Positions 40,656 through 50,093 of a DNA stretch of 64,000 nucleotides are shown piece after piece. The notes beneath the pieces were generated by a model. That model saw nothing but the letters and a program-made list of their open reading frames with translations, was not told the origin of the DNA and made no database searches. Within the stretch, counting starts at the first letter, position 1. Every line of letters begins with the position of its first letter. Source of the stretch: an uncultured Gammaproteobacteria bacterium (GTDB taxonomy: Bacteria; Patescibacteriota; Microgenomatia; UBA10105; UBA927); NCBI GenBank assembly GCA_964385705.1, contig CAYLQG010000001.1:831-64830 (forward strand). Direction: 5' to 3'. The translations under genes were made by a program, and so were the position numbers.

Positions 40656-41419
40656 TGAACGCAAATGACACATTAATTATAGAAAATCTTTCTCACGCAT
40701 TCGACGGAAACGACGGGGAATCCATATCGGTCCTGGACAAAATATCCCTCAAAGTACCTCATGGGAAGATCGTAAGCATTATTGGCCCGAGTGGCTGCGG
40801 AAAAAGTACGCTTCTCGATTGCATCTCAGGCCTAATTACTCCAAATGAAGGTACGATATGCTATAAAGGAAATTCCTTCGTTGGGAAGCACGAAATTAGC
40901 TACATGACACAAAGCGCAGCAATGCTTCCATGGAGAAAAATAATCGACAACTTAACCCTCCCAATGGAAATACAAAAAGTTCCCCTATCTTCGGCTAGAA
41001 AAGAGGCTATGAGCCTTCTGGAAGAATTTAATTTAGAAAAATGGGCTGATTATTACCCCCACACATTATCTGGCGGCATGCTCCAAAGAGTATCTTTGCT
41101 CAGGGCGTATTTATCTAAAAAAGAAATAATGGTACTGGATGAACCATTTAGCAAATTAGACGCTCTTACCAAGTTACAGATCCAGGAATGGTTTTTACGA
41201 GTATGGCAAAAACATAAAAAAACTGTCATATTCGTGACTCACGATATTGAGGAAGCTCTTATTATTTCGGATAGTATTTACGTTTTCTCCAAACGCCCAG
41301 CTCATATTTTAAAAATTATAAAAATTCCTTTTGTTCGCCCGCGTACTATAGCTCTATCTGCAAATAAAGATTATTTAAAATTAAAAACTCAACTGCTTCA
41401 GATGTTCGTTGGTGACTAA
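40655..41419 (+). CDS. ABC transporter ATP-binding protein (ThiZ-like)
   Basis: Walker A GPSGCGKST, signature LSGGMLQR, Walker B MVLDEP. Confidence 0.85.
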   Translation: MNANDTLIIENLSHAFDGNDGESISVLDKISLKVPHGKIVSIIGPSGCGKSTLLDCISGLITPNEGTICYKGNSFVGKHEISYMTQSAAMLPWRKIIDNLTLPMEIQKVPLSSARKEAMSLLEEFNLEKWADYYPHTLSGGMLQRVSLLRAYLSKKEIMVLDEPFSKLDALTKLQIQEWFLRVWQKHKKTVIFVTHDIEEALIISDSIYVFSKRPAHILKIIKIPFVRPRTIALSANKDYLKLKTQLLQMFVGD

Positions 41420-42468
41420 AGGGTTGCTTTCACATCAAGATAATTGATCGTCTCCTCAGCAATATTAGCGATATAGCCGCGCATCCGTTCAAGACTATCC
41501 TCAATGAGGATATTAATTGAGGACGTATCATGTATTTTATGGTTAATGAAGGCATTTTTCTGCAGCATATCGTACATATCGATAATCTTATGTGCAAACC
41601 GCTTATCCATCTGCGTCACCGTTTTCTTGAGTAAGTCAAAATATTCAAAAAGTCTCTTCATATTGGCATATTCAAATTTATTGAGTGTTACGTTTTCTTT
41701 TTGCTTCAATAAAATTATCGTGTTTGCAACCCGCACAATATGATCGGCAATCCGTTCAAGCCGCACGGCGACGAGTTCATAATAATGAAGATCGACAAGC
41801 GGCAAGTCCGTCGACTTCTCAGGGGCTATCGTATGAAGCATCCCGTTAAATTGCCGGAGGATCATTAACTCGATCCGGTCGACCTCAACATCACGTTCGA
41901 TGATATCACGGGCCAATTTCCGGTCAGAGGTCTCGACCGAACGTACAATATCATGAAACATGGACGAAACCATATCAAGCATCTTTATCGTATATTGGGC
42001 TGCTGTTATGGTCGGACTTGCAACGTTCTTAAGTAAAATTCGGGATGAGGTTTCTTCAAACAATTCAAAACCGATGAGTTTGTAACAAACTGAACGGACG
42101 AGGGTTCGCTGTTCGTATGTTATGGATCTCGCCAATACCGCTATCTCATCAGCACCCGATACGTAAAGACCGATCAATTCACGGAGAATGTGACTGTCGG
42201 AAAGATAATCGATGGAAAGAGCGGCAGATCTCACCGTTATCGCTTTACTTGGACGGATGATGAGAACATCGGAGGAGACGCGGCTTAATTCAACGATACC
42301 CTTCGTATCAAGCCCCTGGTGGAGAACCCAATCCTTTGGGAGTGTAACGATATAACTGGATCCTCCTGTCTTTTGAATATTTCTTTTGTCCATACTATAC
42401 ATCTCTATACACGTATATATGTCACTATATAGTGAGCCAATTAGCTTGTTTATATGCCGTATATTCAA
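41416..42468 (-). CDS. AbrB/SpoVT-type DNA-binding domain fused to PhoU-like domains (archaeal-type phosphate uptake regulator homologue)
   Basis: N-terminal KTGGSSYIVTLPKDWVLHQGLDTKG (swapped-hairpin) and a C-terminal RLERIADHIVRVANTI PhoU motif. Confidence 0.55.
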   Translation of the reverse strand: MNIRHINKLIGSLYSDIYTCIEMYSMDKRNIQKTGGSSYIVTLPKDWVLHQGLDTKGIVELSRVSSDVLIIRPSKAITVRSAALSIDYLSDSHILRELIGLYVSGADEIAVLARSITYEQRTLVRSVCYKLIGFELFEETSSRILLKNVASPTITAAQYTIKMLDMVSSMFHDIVRSVETSDRKLARDIIERDVEVDRIELMILRQFNGMLHTIAPEKSTDLPLVDLHYYELVAVRLERIADHIVRVANTIILLKQKENVTLNKFEYANMKRLFEYFDLLKKTVTQMDKRFAHKIIDMYDMLQKNAFINHKIHDTSSINILIEDSLERMRGYIANIAEETINYLDVKATL

Positions 42469-42762
42469 TAGTTGGTTATTAACACCTTATAGTAATCTTC
42501 TTATATTCTCTTCTCTATAATTATTCTACTCTGTCAGTAGATCATAAATGAAATATATAGTCAACACAAAAAATATAGTAAATTTAGAAGCGTATATACG
42601 GGCTTATATCTGCTTTGGTCTCGTTATTCACGGCGATAACAATAAAACCGACAATAGGGTCGGCGAAAATAATCGTTTTATTAAAGGAGATGGGGTCACC
42701 CGCATCCTGTCTCCTAATCGAAATGAGGAATAAACAGTTTTCATTACCCTTCTGGTAACCTC

Positions 42763-43737
42763 TCAGTTGGTAAAATCCTGCGTGACCATGATGCCCCACG
42801 AGGCAGTAGAAATGATGCCGATCCCTACTTTATGAAACGCCGGATCAAGAATATTTTTCTTGTGTTCGGGGCTGTTCATGAGACCCGTATGTGCAGTCAT
42901 AAGATCCGGTGCATAAGCCAAATTTTCCCCCGCCGATGTGAATACAACTCCGCCTTCATGCATACGATCCGCAGGCGTTTGCCCTTCGGGCGAGTTATGA
43001 GCGAAATACCGGCGTTCGAACATATCACGGCTGTGCGCACGCGCAACAGCTATGAGCGCATCAGACATCGTGAGCGGACCCACGCCTGCCTTTGATCTTT
43101 CGCCGTTGACTAATATGAGCATTTTCTGCTCGTCGGCGATGTCAACCTCAAGATCTGACGATTTGGGGGCAATATTCAGATTCAGCGTCTCGTCGGACTT
43201 GGGATCAATTGTCATGAATTTAACGGCCTGTTCCTGCACCTGGTTCAGCGTGGATTCAATCGGACCACCATATTTTTCTGTTGTTGCCACTAAAAATCCT
43301 CCGATCGTCGATGCCCGGATATCGTTTTTTATCGTTCCCCGAAGAGGAAGAGCAGTTATGACAAGAAGAAAAAATATTACAAGAAGAAATCCATTCACTA
43401 CGGACAATATGGCGCCTAACCAATTATTTGCTTTTGATTTCATAATCTTATCGGGAATACGGCTAATAAGCGCAAATAATATTTGTGATATAAACATCTC
43501 AGCGATAAGCGCTACAGTGATATACCCAAGGACATTGCTCCACGCCGGTACGATGCCGAATTTTTCCGTCAAAAATGCCGACACCGGCTGATGTGTCATG
43601 ACTGCAAGCCACAACGCGATAGCAAATGAGATAAAACTCGCGCCGAGCGGTATCATTCCGGCACTCCACCCTTCATATGCGTGATACAGAAGAATAATGA
43701 TAATGACCCAATCTATCCAGTTCAGTTGCATATACAC
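42763..43737 (-). CDS. CvpA-like membrane domain fused to CAP/SCP/PR-1 (YkwD-like) domain
   Basis: Four TM segments precede LVNGERSKAGVGPL...AHSRDM...GENLAY...MNSPEHKKNILDP. Confidence 0.6.
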   Translation of the reverse strand: MYMQLNWIDWVIIIILLYHAYEGWSAGMIPLGASFISFAIALWLAVMTHQPVSAFLTEKFGIVPAWSNVLGYITVALIAEMFISQILFALISRIPDKIMKSKANNWLGAILSVVNGFLLVIFFLLVITALPLRGTIKNDIRASTIGGFLVATTEKYGGPIESTLNQVQEQAVKFMTIDPKSDETLNLNIAPKSSDLEVDIADEQKMLILVNGERSKAGVGPLTMSDALIAVARAHSRDMFERRYFAHNSPEGQTPADRMHEGGVVFTSAGENLAYAPDLMTAHTGLMNSPEHKKNILDPAFHKVGIGIISTASWGIMVTQDFTN

Positions 43738-43745
43738 TTCATCTT

Positions 43746-44102
43746 TTATTGTAACTGATATTTATAGTAGGCGCTGCATTCCTGATTGTGTTCTGCTTTA
43801 AGCGCGCGGAAATCGCGACTTAAAGGTCGTATCATTCCAACCACGCCCGCTATAATCGTATTTGAATACGCCGCAATTTTACTTGAACTTGTCGCTGCGG
43901 TAATACAATCACCCAGATCGAGTAAGACACCCGTTTTTTGATCGCAAATATCTTCAGTTTCTAATCCCCCTGAAGCATTAAAATTTATGGTATTTATTGC
44001 GCTATCGGCAGTATCATAACAGGCTTTCTCCTTGCGTATCATAGGAAATAAGAGGATGAATCCAGCGATAAGTATTAGTATGAAAACAATGAAAACTTTC
44101 AT
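43746..44102 (-). CDS. small membrane-anchored hypothetical protein
   Basis: N-terminal TM helix, 118 aa. Confidence 0.4.
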   Translation of the reverse strand: MKVFIVFILILIAGFILLFPMIRKEKACYDTADSAINTINFNASGGLETEDICDQKTGVLLDLGDCITAATSSSKIAAYSNTIIAGVVGMIRPLSRDFRALKAEHNQECSAYYKYQLQ

Positions 44103-44106
44103 AAAT

Positions 44107-44727
44107 TTATTGTACTATGTTCGACAAATCAAGGCTCCGCCAAAGAATTCTTGCTGCATAAGTGCGATATGGGGACCATTTCTTTGAAAGTTGTTCCATT
44201 CGCTTGACGGAGGGTTCTTTTTTTATTTGATATAGTTTCTGGATCGCCCGCTTGAGTCCGACGTCACCGAACGAAAAGACATCAGGGCGTCCCAGCGAAA
44301 ACATAAGAAACATTTCCGCGGTCCAGGGACCAATCCCCTTCAACTTGGTTAATTCGACAACTACCTCTCTATCGGATAATGACTCAAGCAAGTCGAGGTG
44401 AATTTCATTGGCGACTACACTTTTCGCGAGTGATTGTAAAAAATGCACTTTATTCCATGATGTACCAACCGCACGAATCTTATCTTCGGGAAGCTGAAGA
44501 AGAACTTCCGGTGATAAGATTTTATTAGGAAATAGTAATACAAAGCGTCCAAAAATTGTCGCAGCCGCCTTATCTGATAATTGCTGGTTGATAATCGCTT
44601 CGCACAGATCGGCAAAATAATCAGGGCTTTTGCGCGGACCTAAATCCTTCTCATCTTTCAAACGGTGTAGCGCGTCCGAAAGAACCGGGTCAACCATCGC
44701 AAAATGATCACGTATTTTTTTATGCAT
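44107..44727 (-). CDS. HhH-GPD base-excision glycosylase (AlkA/3-methyladenine glycosylase II-like)
   Basis: LTKLKGIGPWTAEMFLMF...GDVGL, HhH-GPD motif with catalytic Asp. Confidence 0.7.
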   Translation of the reverse strand: MHKKIRDHFAMVDPVLSDALHRLKDEKDLGPRKSPDYFADLCEAIINQQLSDKAAATIFGRFVLLFPNKILSPEVLLQLPEDKIRAVGTSWNKVHFLQSLAKSVVANEIHLDLLESLSDREVVVELTKLKGIGPWTAEMFLMFSLGRPDVFSFGDVGLKRAIQKLYQIKKEPSVKRMEQLSKKWSPYRTYAARILWRSLDLSNIVQ

Positions 44728-44919
44728 ATCCTACTTGTCATTGCGAGCGATCCGCGGCCTGGCGGAGAGCGTGGCAATCCCACGATGAAGTAAAATCGCC
44801 GCGCCGTCTCCTTCGGCAGGCTCAGGATGTCGCCCTCGATAACCTCGGGCTCCGCTTGCTATTGTAATTTATCTCAGTGTACAATTTCCATATAGTGATA
44901 ATAGCTTAAGGAGGATTAT

Positions 44920-45381
44920 ATGAATGTACTACTCGTTTTTGCAACCAATTCCGGAACAACCATGACGACGGCTCAGACCATCAACGATAAGCTCGTAGCC
45001 GCAGGTCATCAGGTGACGATGAAAGAAGCCCGAGATGCAACCCCCGAGGAATTCGGCGCCCCGCAGGCGGTTGTGATCGGTTCACCGAGCTGGGATTTTG
45101 AAGGACATGAGGGTATGCCGCATGAGGATTGGCTCCCGCTGATGGAAAAGCTCAAGACGATGTCATTTGAAAATAAACCATTCGCCATTTTTGGCCTAGG
45201 CGACTCATCGTATAAACATTTTTGCGGTGCAGTCGACCATCTTGAGGAATTAGTTAAGACGATGAAGGGGAAACTCGTTGTCCCGTCACTTCGGATTGAT
45301 AAATTCTACAGCGATCAGACGGGAAATATGGATAAGATCAACGCCTGGGCGGATCAACTGGTTGCAGCACTAAAGGGATAA
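44920..45381 (+). CDS. flavodoxin
   Basis: MNVLLVFATNSGTT...VIGSPSW... Confidence 0.75.
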   Translation: MNVLLVFATNSGTTMTTAQTINDKLVAAGHQVTMKEARDATPEEFGAPQAVVIGSPSWDFEGHEGMPHEDWLPLMEKLKTMSFENKPFAIFGLGDSSYKHFCGAVDHLEELVKTMKGKLVVPSLRIDKFYSDQTGNMDKINAWADQLVAALKG

Positions 45382-45391
45382 AGTTGGAAAA

Positions 45392-45416
45392 GTCATTCTG
45401 GACAAGCCAGAATGAC
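45392..45416 (-). terminator. perfect 10-bp hairpin (GTCATTCTGG-acaag-CCAGAATGAC) between convergent flavodoxin and rpsG; U-run on minus strand
   Basis: Seen directly in the sequence. It sits 25 nt downstream of the rpsG stop. Confidence 0.65.
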
Positions 45417-45440
45417 GACATTATTGAAGGATCGAACGAC

Positions 45441-45917
45441 TTACCACTTGAAGTGCGCAAATGCGCGGTTGGCCTCGGCCATGCGGTGTACGGTATCACG
45501 TCGTTTGATTGCTTCTCCCTGGCCCTTGGCGGCTTCCAAAAGTTCTACAGCAAGCTTTTCGGCAAATGTTTTATATTCGTGATTTGACCGCTTGCCGGCA
45601 AACTGGATAATCCATCGGATGGCAAGGGCTACCCTTCGGTCACCACGCACTTCAGTCGGGACTTGATAAGAAGCTCCCCCAACTCTGCGTGCGCGGACTT
45701 CCATCTTGGGCCCCACACCGTTTATTGCGCCCTCAAAAACTTTAATCGGATCTTCGCCTTTTTCTTTGATAATATCGAGCGCTTTGTAAACGACAAGTTC
45801 CGCCGTCCGTTTTTTGCCGCTAATCATCACCCGGTTAATAAAACGGGTTAAGAGGCGATTTCCGTAAACCGGATCTGCTGGTAACATTGGTCTCGTTGTT
45901 CTTCTGGATCTGCTCAT
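45441..45917 (-). CDS. rpsG: 30S ribosomal protein S7
   Basis: 158 aa. Confidence 0.95.
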   Translation of the reverse strand: MSRSRRTTRPMLPADPVYGNRLLTRFINRVMISGKKRTAELVVYKALDIIKEKGEDPIKVFEGAINGVGPKMEVRARRVGGASYQVPTEVRGDRRVALAIRWIIQFAGKRSNHEYKTFAEKLAVELLEAAKGQGEAIKRRDTVHRMAEANRAFAHFKW

Positions 45918-45923
45918 AGGTTA

Positions 45924-46361
45924 TTAATTGGCTGCCGCGGTTGCGGGTCCTGTTGCGTTTTTCTTGGCTCCATAGCGACTTCTCCCCTGTCTGCGAGTTG
46001 CGACTCCAGTCATATCAAATTTTCCTCGGACTATATGATATTTCACACCGGGTAAATCCGGTACTCGACCTCCGCGAACCAGAACGATAGCATGCTCCGT
46101 AAGCTCATGTCCGATACCGGGAATATAGGCGGTGACTTCCTGTTTATTGGAAAGCCTGACCCTCGCTACTTTCCGAAGCGCTGAGTTCGGTTTTTTCGGT
46201 GTCATAGTCTTGACAAGCGTCACAACTCCCCGCTTGAACGGCGAGGGAAGCTGCTTGGTTATGCGGTCTTTTGCATTAAAAAACTTCCGCAGTGCGGTTG
46301 CTTTTATCTTTTTTGATTTACTGTGTCGGCCCTTCCGGACCAATTGATTTACTGTTGGCAT
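45924..46361 (-). CDS. rpsL: 30S ribosomal protein S12
   Basis: 145 aa. Confidence 0.95.
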   Translation of the reverse strand: MPTVNQLVRKGRHSKSKKIKATALRKFFNAKDRITKQLPSPFKRGVVTLVKTMTPKKPNSALRKVARVRLSNKQEVTAYIPGIGHELTEHAIVLVRGGRVPDLPGVKYHIVRGKFDMTGVATRRQGRSRYGAKKNATGPATAAAN

Positions 46362-46366
46362 ACGTA

Positions 46367-49300
46367 TTACGTTTGAATTCTCGCCCGTTCTGCGGACACC
46401 GGGATGAGTCTGCCGATTATAACGTTTTCCTTGAGACCCAGCAACTTATCTTCTTTTCCTGAAAGCGCAGCATCGGTCAAAACGTTGGTTGTCTCCTGGA
46501 AAGATGCGGCTGAAAGCCAGGATTCGGTGAAGAGCGACGCACGGGTAATACCGAGCATGACGATCTGTGCTGTTGCCGGTTCTCCGCCTTCTGAAAGCAC
46601 CCGTGAGTTCTCATCCTGGAAACGCATCCGGTCGACTAATTCTCCCGGAAGTAAAGTCGTGTCTCCGGACGAATCAATACGCACTTTATCACTCATCTTA
46701 CGGACGATAACTTCAAAATGCTTATCCGTAATCTGAATACCCTGTGACTCATACACGCGCTGTACTTCGGTAATAAGATATTTCTGTGCGCCACGAAGTC
46801 CACGGACCTGCAGTACTTCCTTAAGATCGAGATATCCCGTTGATAACTGATCACCGGCTGCGACCATATCGCCGTCAGCAACTTTAAGCTCACTGGTCAG
46901 CGGAATCACATATTCACGCTCTTCCGGCGGTTTCATCGCGGTATTGCGGATGCGCACATTGTAGCCTGATTCTGTTTCCGTCACTTCCGCTTTCCCGGCA
47001 ATCTCAGCTAGAGGCGAAAGCGTTCTCGGGGTCCGTGATTCAAAAAGTTCCTCAACACGCGGCAAGCCCTGGGTCACATCAAGTCCGACGATACCGCCTG
47101 CATGACGGACCCGCATGGTAAGCTGTGTACCGGGCTCTCCGATTGACTGGGCGGCAATAACACCGACCGGAGTTCCGAGTTCAACATGTGCATTGGTTGA
47201 AAAGTCACGGCCGTAACACTTGGCACACATACCAACCGGCGCCTGACAGGATATCGCCGAACGGACGAGAACCGACTCGACAGCGTGTTCATCGAGTAAT
47301 TTGACGTTTTCATCGGTCACTTCTTCACCTGCGGCGATCAAGACTTTTTTGCTATTCGGCGCCACGACATCTGCCGCAACGAACCTGCCAATGACACGGC
47401 TTCCGAACGATGCCTGACGGTCTTCTTTACGGAAAACTTCCCAGCCTTCGCTCGTTCCGCAGTCGTCGATTCTTATGATCATATCGTGGGACACGTCAAC
47501 AAGTCGTCGGGTAAGGTATCCTGCATCAGCGGTCTTAAGCGCTGAATCGGTAAGACCTTTACGGGAACCACGCGTACTGGTCACGTATTCGAAAATTGAG
47601 AGACCTTCACGGTAATTACTTTTTGTCGGAAGTTCGACGATCTTACCCAACGGATCAACAACCAATCCTTTGATAGCGGATAATTGCTTGAGTTGATCTT
47701 TTGATGCACGCGCACCGCCTGAATCGATAATCATCTTGACAGGATTACTCTCTGCCATCCGCTGCCAGGTGACGTCTGCAATCTTTTCCGTTACTTCGAT
47801 CCAGATTTCATTAGACAGCCGTTTCTTTTCCTCAAGCGTGATAAGACCCTGCTGATAATTTTGGTCGACTTCCTTGACTTTGACTTCCGCCTCTTTGACC
47901 ATTATGTGTTTCTCAGGAACCATCTCACAGTCAAATACGGAGACGGAAAGTCCACCACAAATCGTCGCACCCATGAATCCGATGTTTTTAATCGCATCGA
48001 TAATGGTGACGACTTCCTCTTTGGAATAGACGGAAAGCGCCTTCGTGATAATTGACTTAATGGATGCTGCTTTGACCGGTGTATTAATGAACCGGAGTTC
48101 GCTCGGCAACTTTTCGTTAAACATGACGCGTCCAACGGACGTCACAAGCCATGTATCGCCTACACGCAAACGAACCGGCTCACGCAGGGCCACCCGTTGC
48201 GACTGATAGGCAAAAATAAGATCCTGCTCATCACCATATGACGGCAGATCTTTGTCCTCTCTCTTTTCAAGCGTCGAATCAAGTGTGGTCAGATAGTAAC
48301 AACCCAATACCATTTCCTTGTTTGGAACGGTGATCGGAGATCCATCGGCGGGTTTAAGCAAGTTATGCGTCGGAAGCATCAAATGGATGGCTTCATGCTG
48401 ACTTTCACCGGATAAAGGGATGTGAACGGCCATTTGGTCTCCGTCAAAGTCGGCGTTATAACCGGCACAGACACACGGGTGGATCCGGATCGCTGATCCC
48501 TCAATAAGGATCGGGAAAAACGCCTGGATACCGAGTTTATGAAGGGTCGGCGCACGGTTAAGGAGTACCGGATGGTTCTTGGTAATTTCCTCAAGAATAT
48601 CAAAGACTTCCGGAGTTCTTCGCTCTAGAACGTTCTTTGCATTTTTGACGTTCGGCGCAATTCCACGAACAATAAGTTCACGGAGTACAAACGGCTTAAA
48701 CATCTCAAGAGCCATTTCTTTCGGAATGCCGCACTGAGTGAGGTTGAGTTCAGGCCCCACAACGATAACTGACCGGCCGGAATAATCAACGCGTTTTCCA
48801 AGCAAGTTCTGGCGGAACCGACCCTGCTTACCACGCAACATGTCAGAAAGTGATCGAAGAGGAGCAATAACAGCCCGTGAACTCGGACGCTGCGTCACAT
48901 CAATTAAGCTGTCGACAGCTTCCTGAAGCATGCGTTTTTCGTTTCTGAGAATAATCTCAGGCGCACCCAAATCCATAAGGTGTTTGAGACGATTGTTGCG
49001 GTTAATGACGCGGCGATAGAGATCGTTAAGATCGCTGGTTGCAAATCTTCCACCGGTTAACTGAACCATAGGACGGAGATCAGGCGGTATAACGGGAAGA
49101 TTCGATAAAATGACCCACGAAGGATTCACGGACGCTTTCCGCATGCCATCAACGACGCGAAGGCGTTTCGTTGCTTTAATATGCCTCTGTCCGCTCGTAT
49201 TTTGTATTTCTTCACGAAGATCGGCAGCGAGCTTATCCAGGTTTATATGTTTGATAACCTGCGAGACGGCCTCAGCACCCATACCGACCTCAAAACACTC

Positions 49301-50089
49301 AACTGCTTCGTATTCCAGAAGCCGTAGATATTCGTCCTCTGTCAGCGTCTGAAGCGGTTTAATCGCTTTGACGATAGAGATAAGAGAATCAACAATTTCC
49401 TTTATCTTTTCTTTTTCCTTCTCTGCCTGCTCATCAAGACCGGCAAGCTCCTGTCGCTCTTTTAGGGTAAGTTCGGAAACTGCGAGATCCTTTGCCTCTG
49501 CTCCGTTCACACGCTCCTTCACTGTCTCTTTTTCCGTCACAAATTGTTCATGTTTCGCATTTTTCTCTTCCTTAAGGCGGACTTCCGTCTCCGAAGATCG
49601 TGTTTTGCCGGAATCTGCAAGCCGCTCCAACACCTTTTTCTTTTTTTCTTCATCGACTGACGTCACGAGGTATTGAGCGAAGTAAATAACTTCCTCAAGC
49701 GCCCTGGGGCTAATATCCAGAAGTAATGAAAGCTTTGACGGTGCACCTTTGAAAAACCAGACGTGGGCAACGGGAGCCACGAGTGCGATATGGCCCATCC
49801 GTTCACGGCGGACTTTGCTTTGTGTGACTTCAACACCGCATTTATCGCAGACAATTCCCCGATATCTGATCCTCTTATATTTACCACAGTAACATTCCCA
49901 ATCTTTCGTAGGACCGAATATCCGCTCATCAAACAAGCCGTCTTTTTCCGGTTTAAGTGTACGATAATTGATCGTTTCAGGCTTCGTCACTTCGCCATGT
50001 GACCACCCCTTGATATCGTCGGGCGACGCGAGCATGACTTTGAGCCCGGTAAAATCAACGATATTGGCAAATGTAGATTTTTTATCCAT
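46367..50089 (-). CDS. rpoC: DNA-directed RNA polymerase subunit beta'
   Basis: 1240 aa, NADFDGDQM catalytic motif. Confidence 0.97.
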   Translation of the reverse strand: MDKKSTFANIVDFTGLKVMLASPDDIKGWSHGEVTKPETINYRTLKPEKDGLFDERIFGPTKDWECYCGKYKRIRYRGIVCDKCGVEVTQSKVRRERMGHIALVAPVAHVWFFKGAPSKLSLLLDISPRALEEVIYFAQYLVTSVDEEKKKKVLERLADSGKTRSSETEVRLKEEKNAKHEQFVTEKETVKERVNGAEAKDLAVSELTLKERQELAGLDEQAEKEKEKIKEIVDSLISIVKAIKPLQTLTEDEYLRLLEYEAVECFEVGMGAEAVSQVIKHINLDKLAADLREEIQNTSGQRHIKATKRLRVVDGMRKASVNPSWVILSNLPVIPPDLRPMVQLTGGRFATSDLNDLYRRVINRNNRLKHLMDLGAPEIILRNEKRMLQEAVDSLIDVTQRPSSRAVIAPLRSLSDMLRGKQGRFRQNLLGKRVDYSGRSVIVVGPELNLTQCGIPKEMALEMFKPFVLRELIVRGIAPNVKNAKNVLERRTPEVFDILEEITKNHPVLLNRAPTLHKLGIQAFFPILIEGSAIRIHPCVCAGYNADFDGDQMAVHIPLSGESQHEAIHLMLPTHNLLKPADGSPITVPNKEMVLGCYYLTTLDSTLEKREDKDLPSYGDEQDLIFAYQSQRVALREPVRLRVGDTWLVTSVGRVMFNEKLPSELRFINTPVKAASIKSIITKALSVYSKEEVVTIIDAIKNIGFMGATICGGLSVSVFDCEMVPEKHIMVKEAEVKVKEVDQNYQQGLITLEEKKRLSNEIWIEVTEKIADVTWQRMAESNPVKMIIDSGGARASKDQLKQLSAIKGLVVDPLGKIVELPTKSNYREGLSIFEYVTSTRGSRKGLTDSALKTADAGYLTRRLVDVSHDMIIRIDDCGTSEGWEVFRKEDRQASFGSRVIGRFVAADVVAPNSKKVLIAAGEEVTDENVKLLDEHAVESVLVRSAISCQAPVGMCAKCYGRDFSTNAHVELGTPVGVIAAQSIGEPGTQLTMRVRHAGGIVGLDVTQGLPRVEELFESRTPRTLSPLAEIAGKAEVTETESGYNVRIRNTAMKPPEEREYVIPLTSELKVADGDMVAAGDQLSTGYLDLKEVLQVRGLRGAQKYLITEVQRVYESQGIQITDKHFEVIVRKMSDKVRIDSSGDTTLLPGELVDRMRFQDENSRVLSEGGEPATAQIVMLGITRASLFTESWLSAASFQETTNVLTDAALSGKEDKLLGLKENVIIGRLIPVSAERARIQT

Positions 50090-50093
50090 AAAA

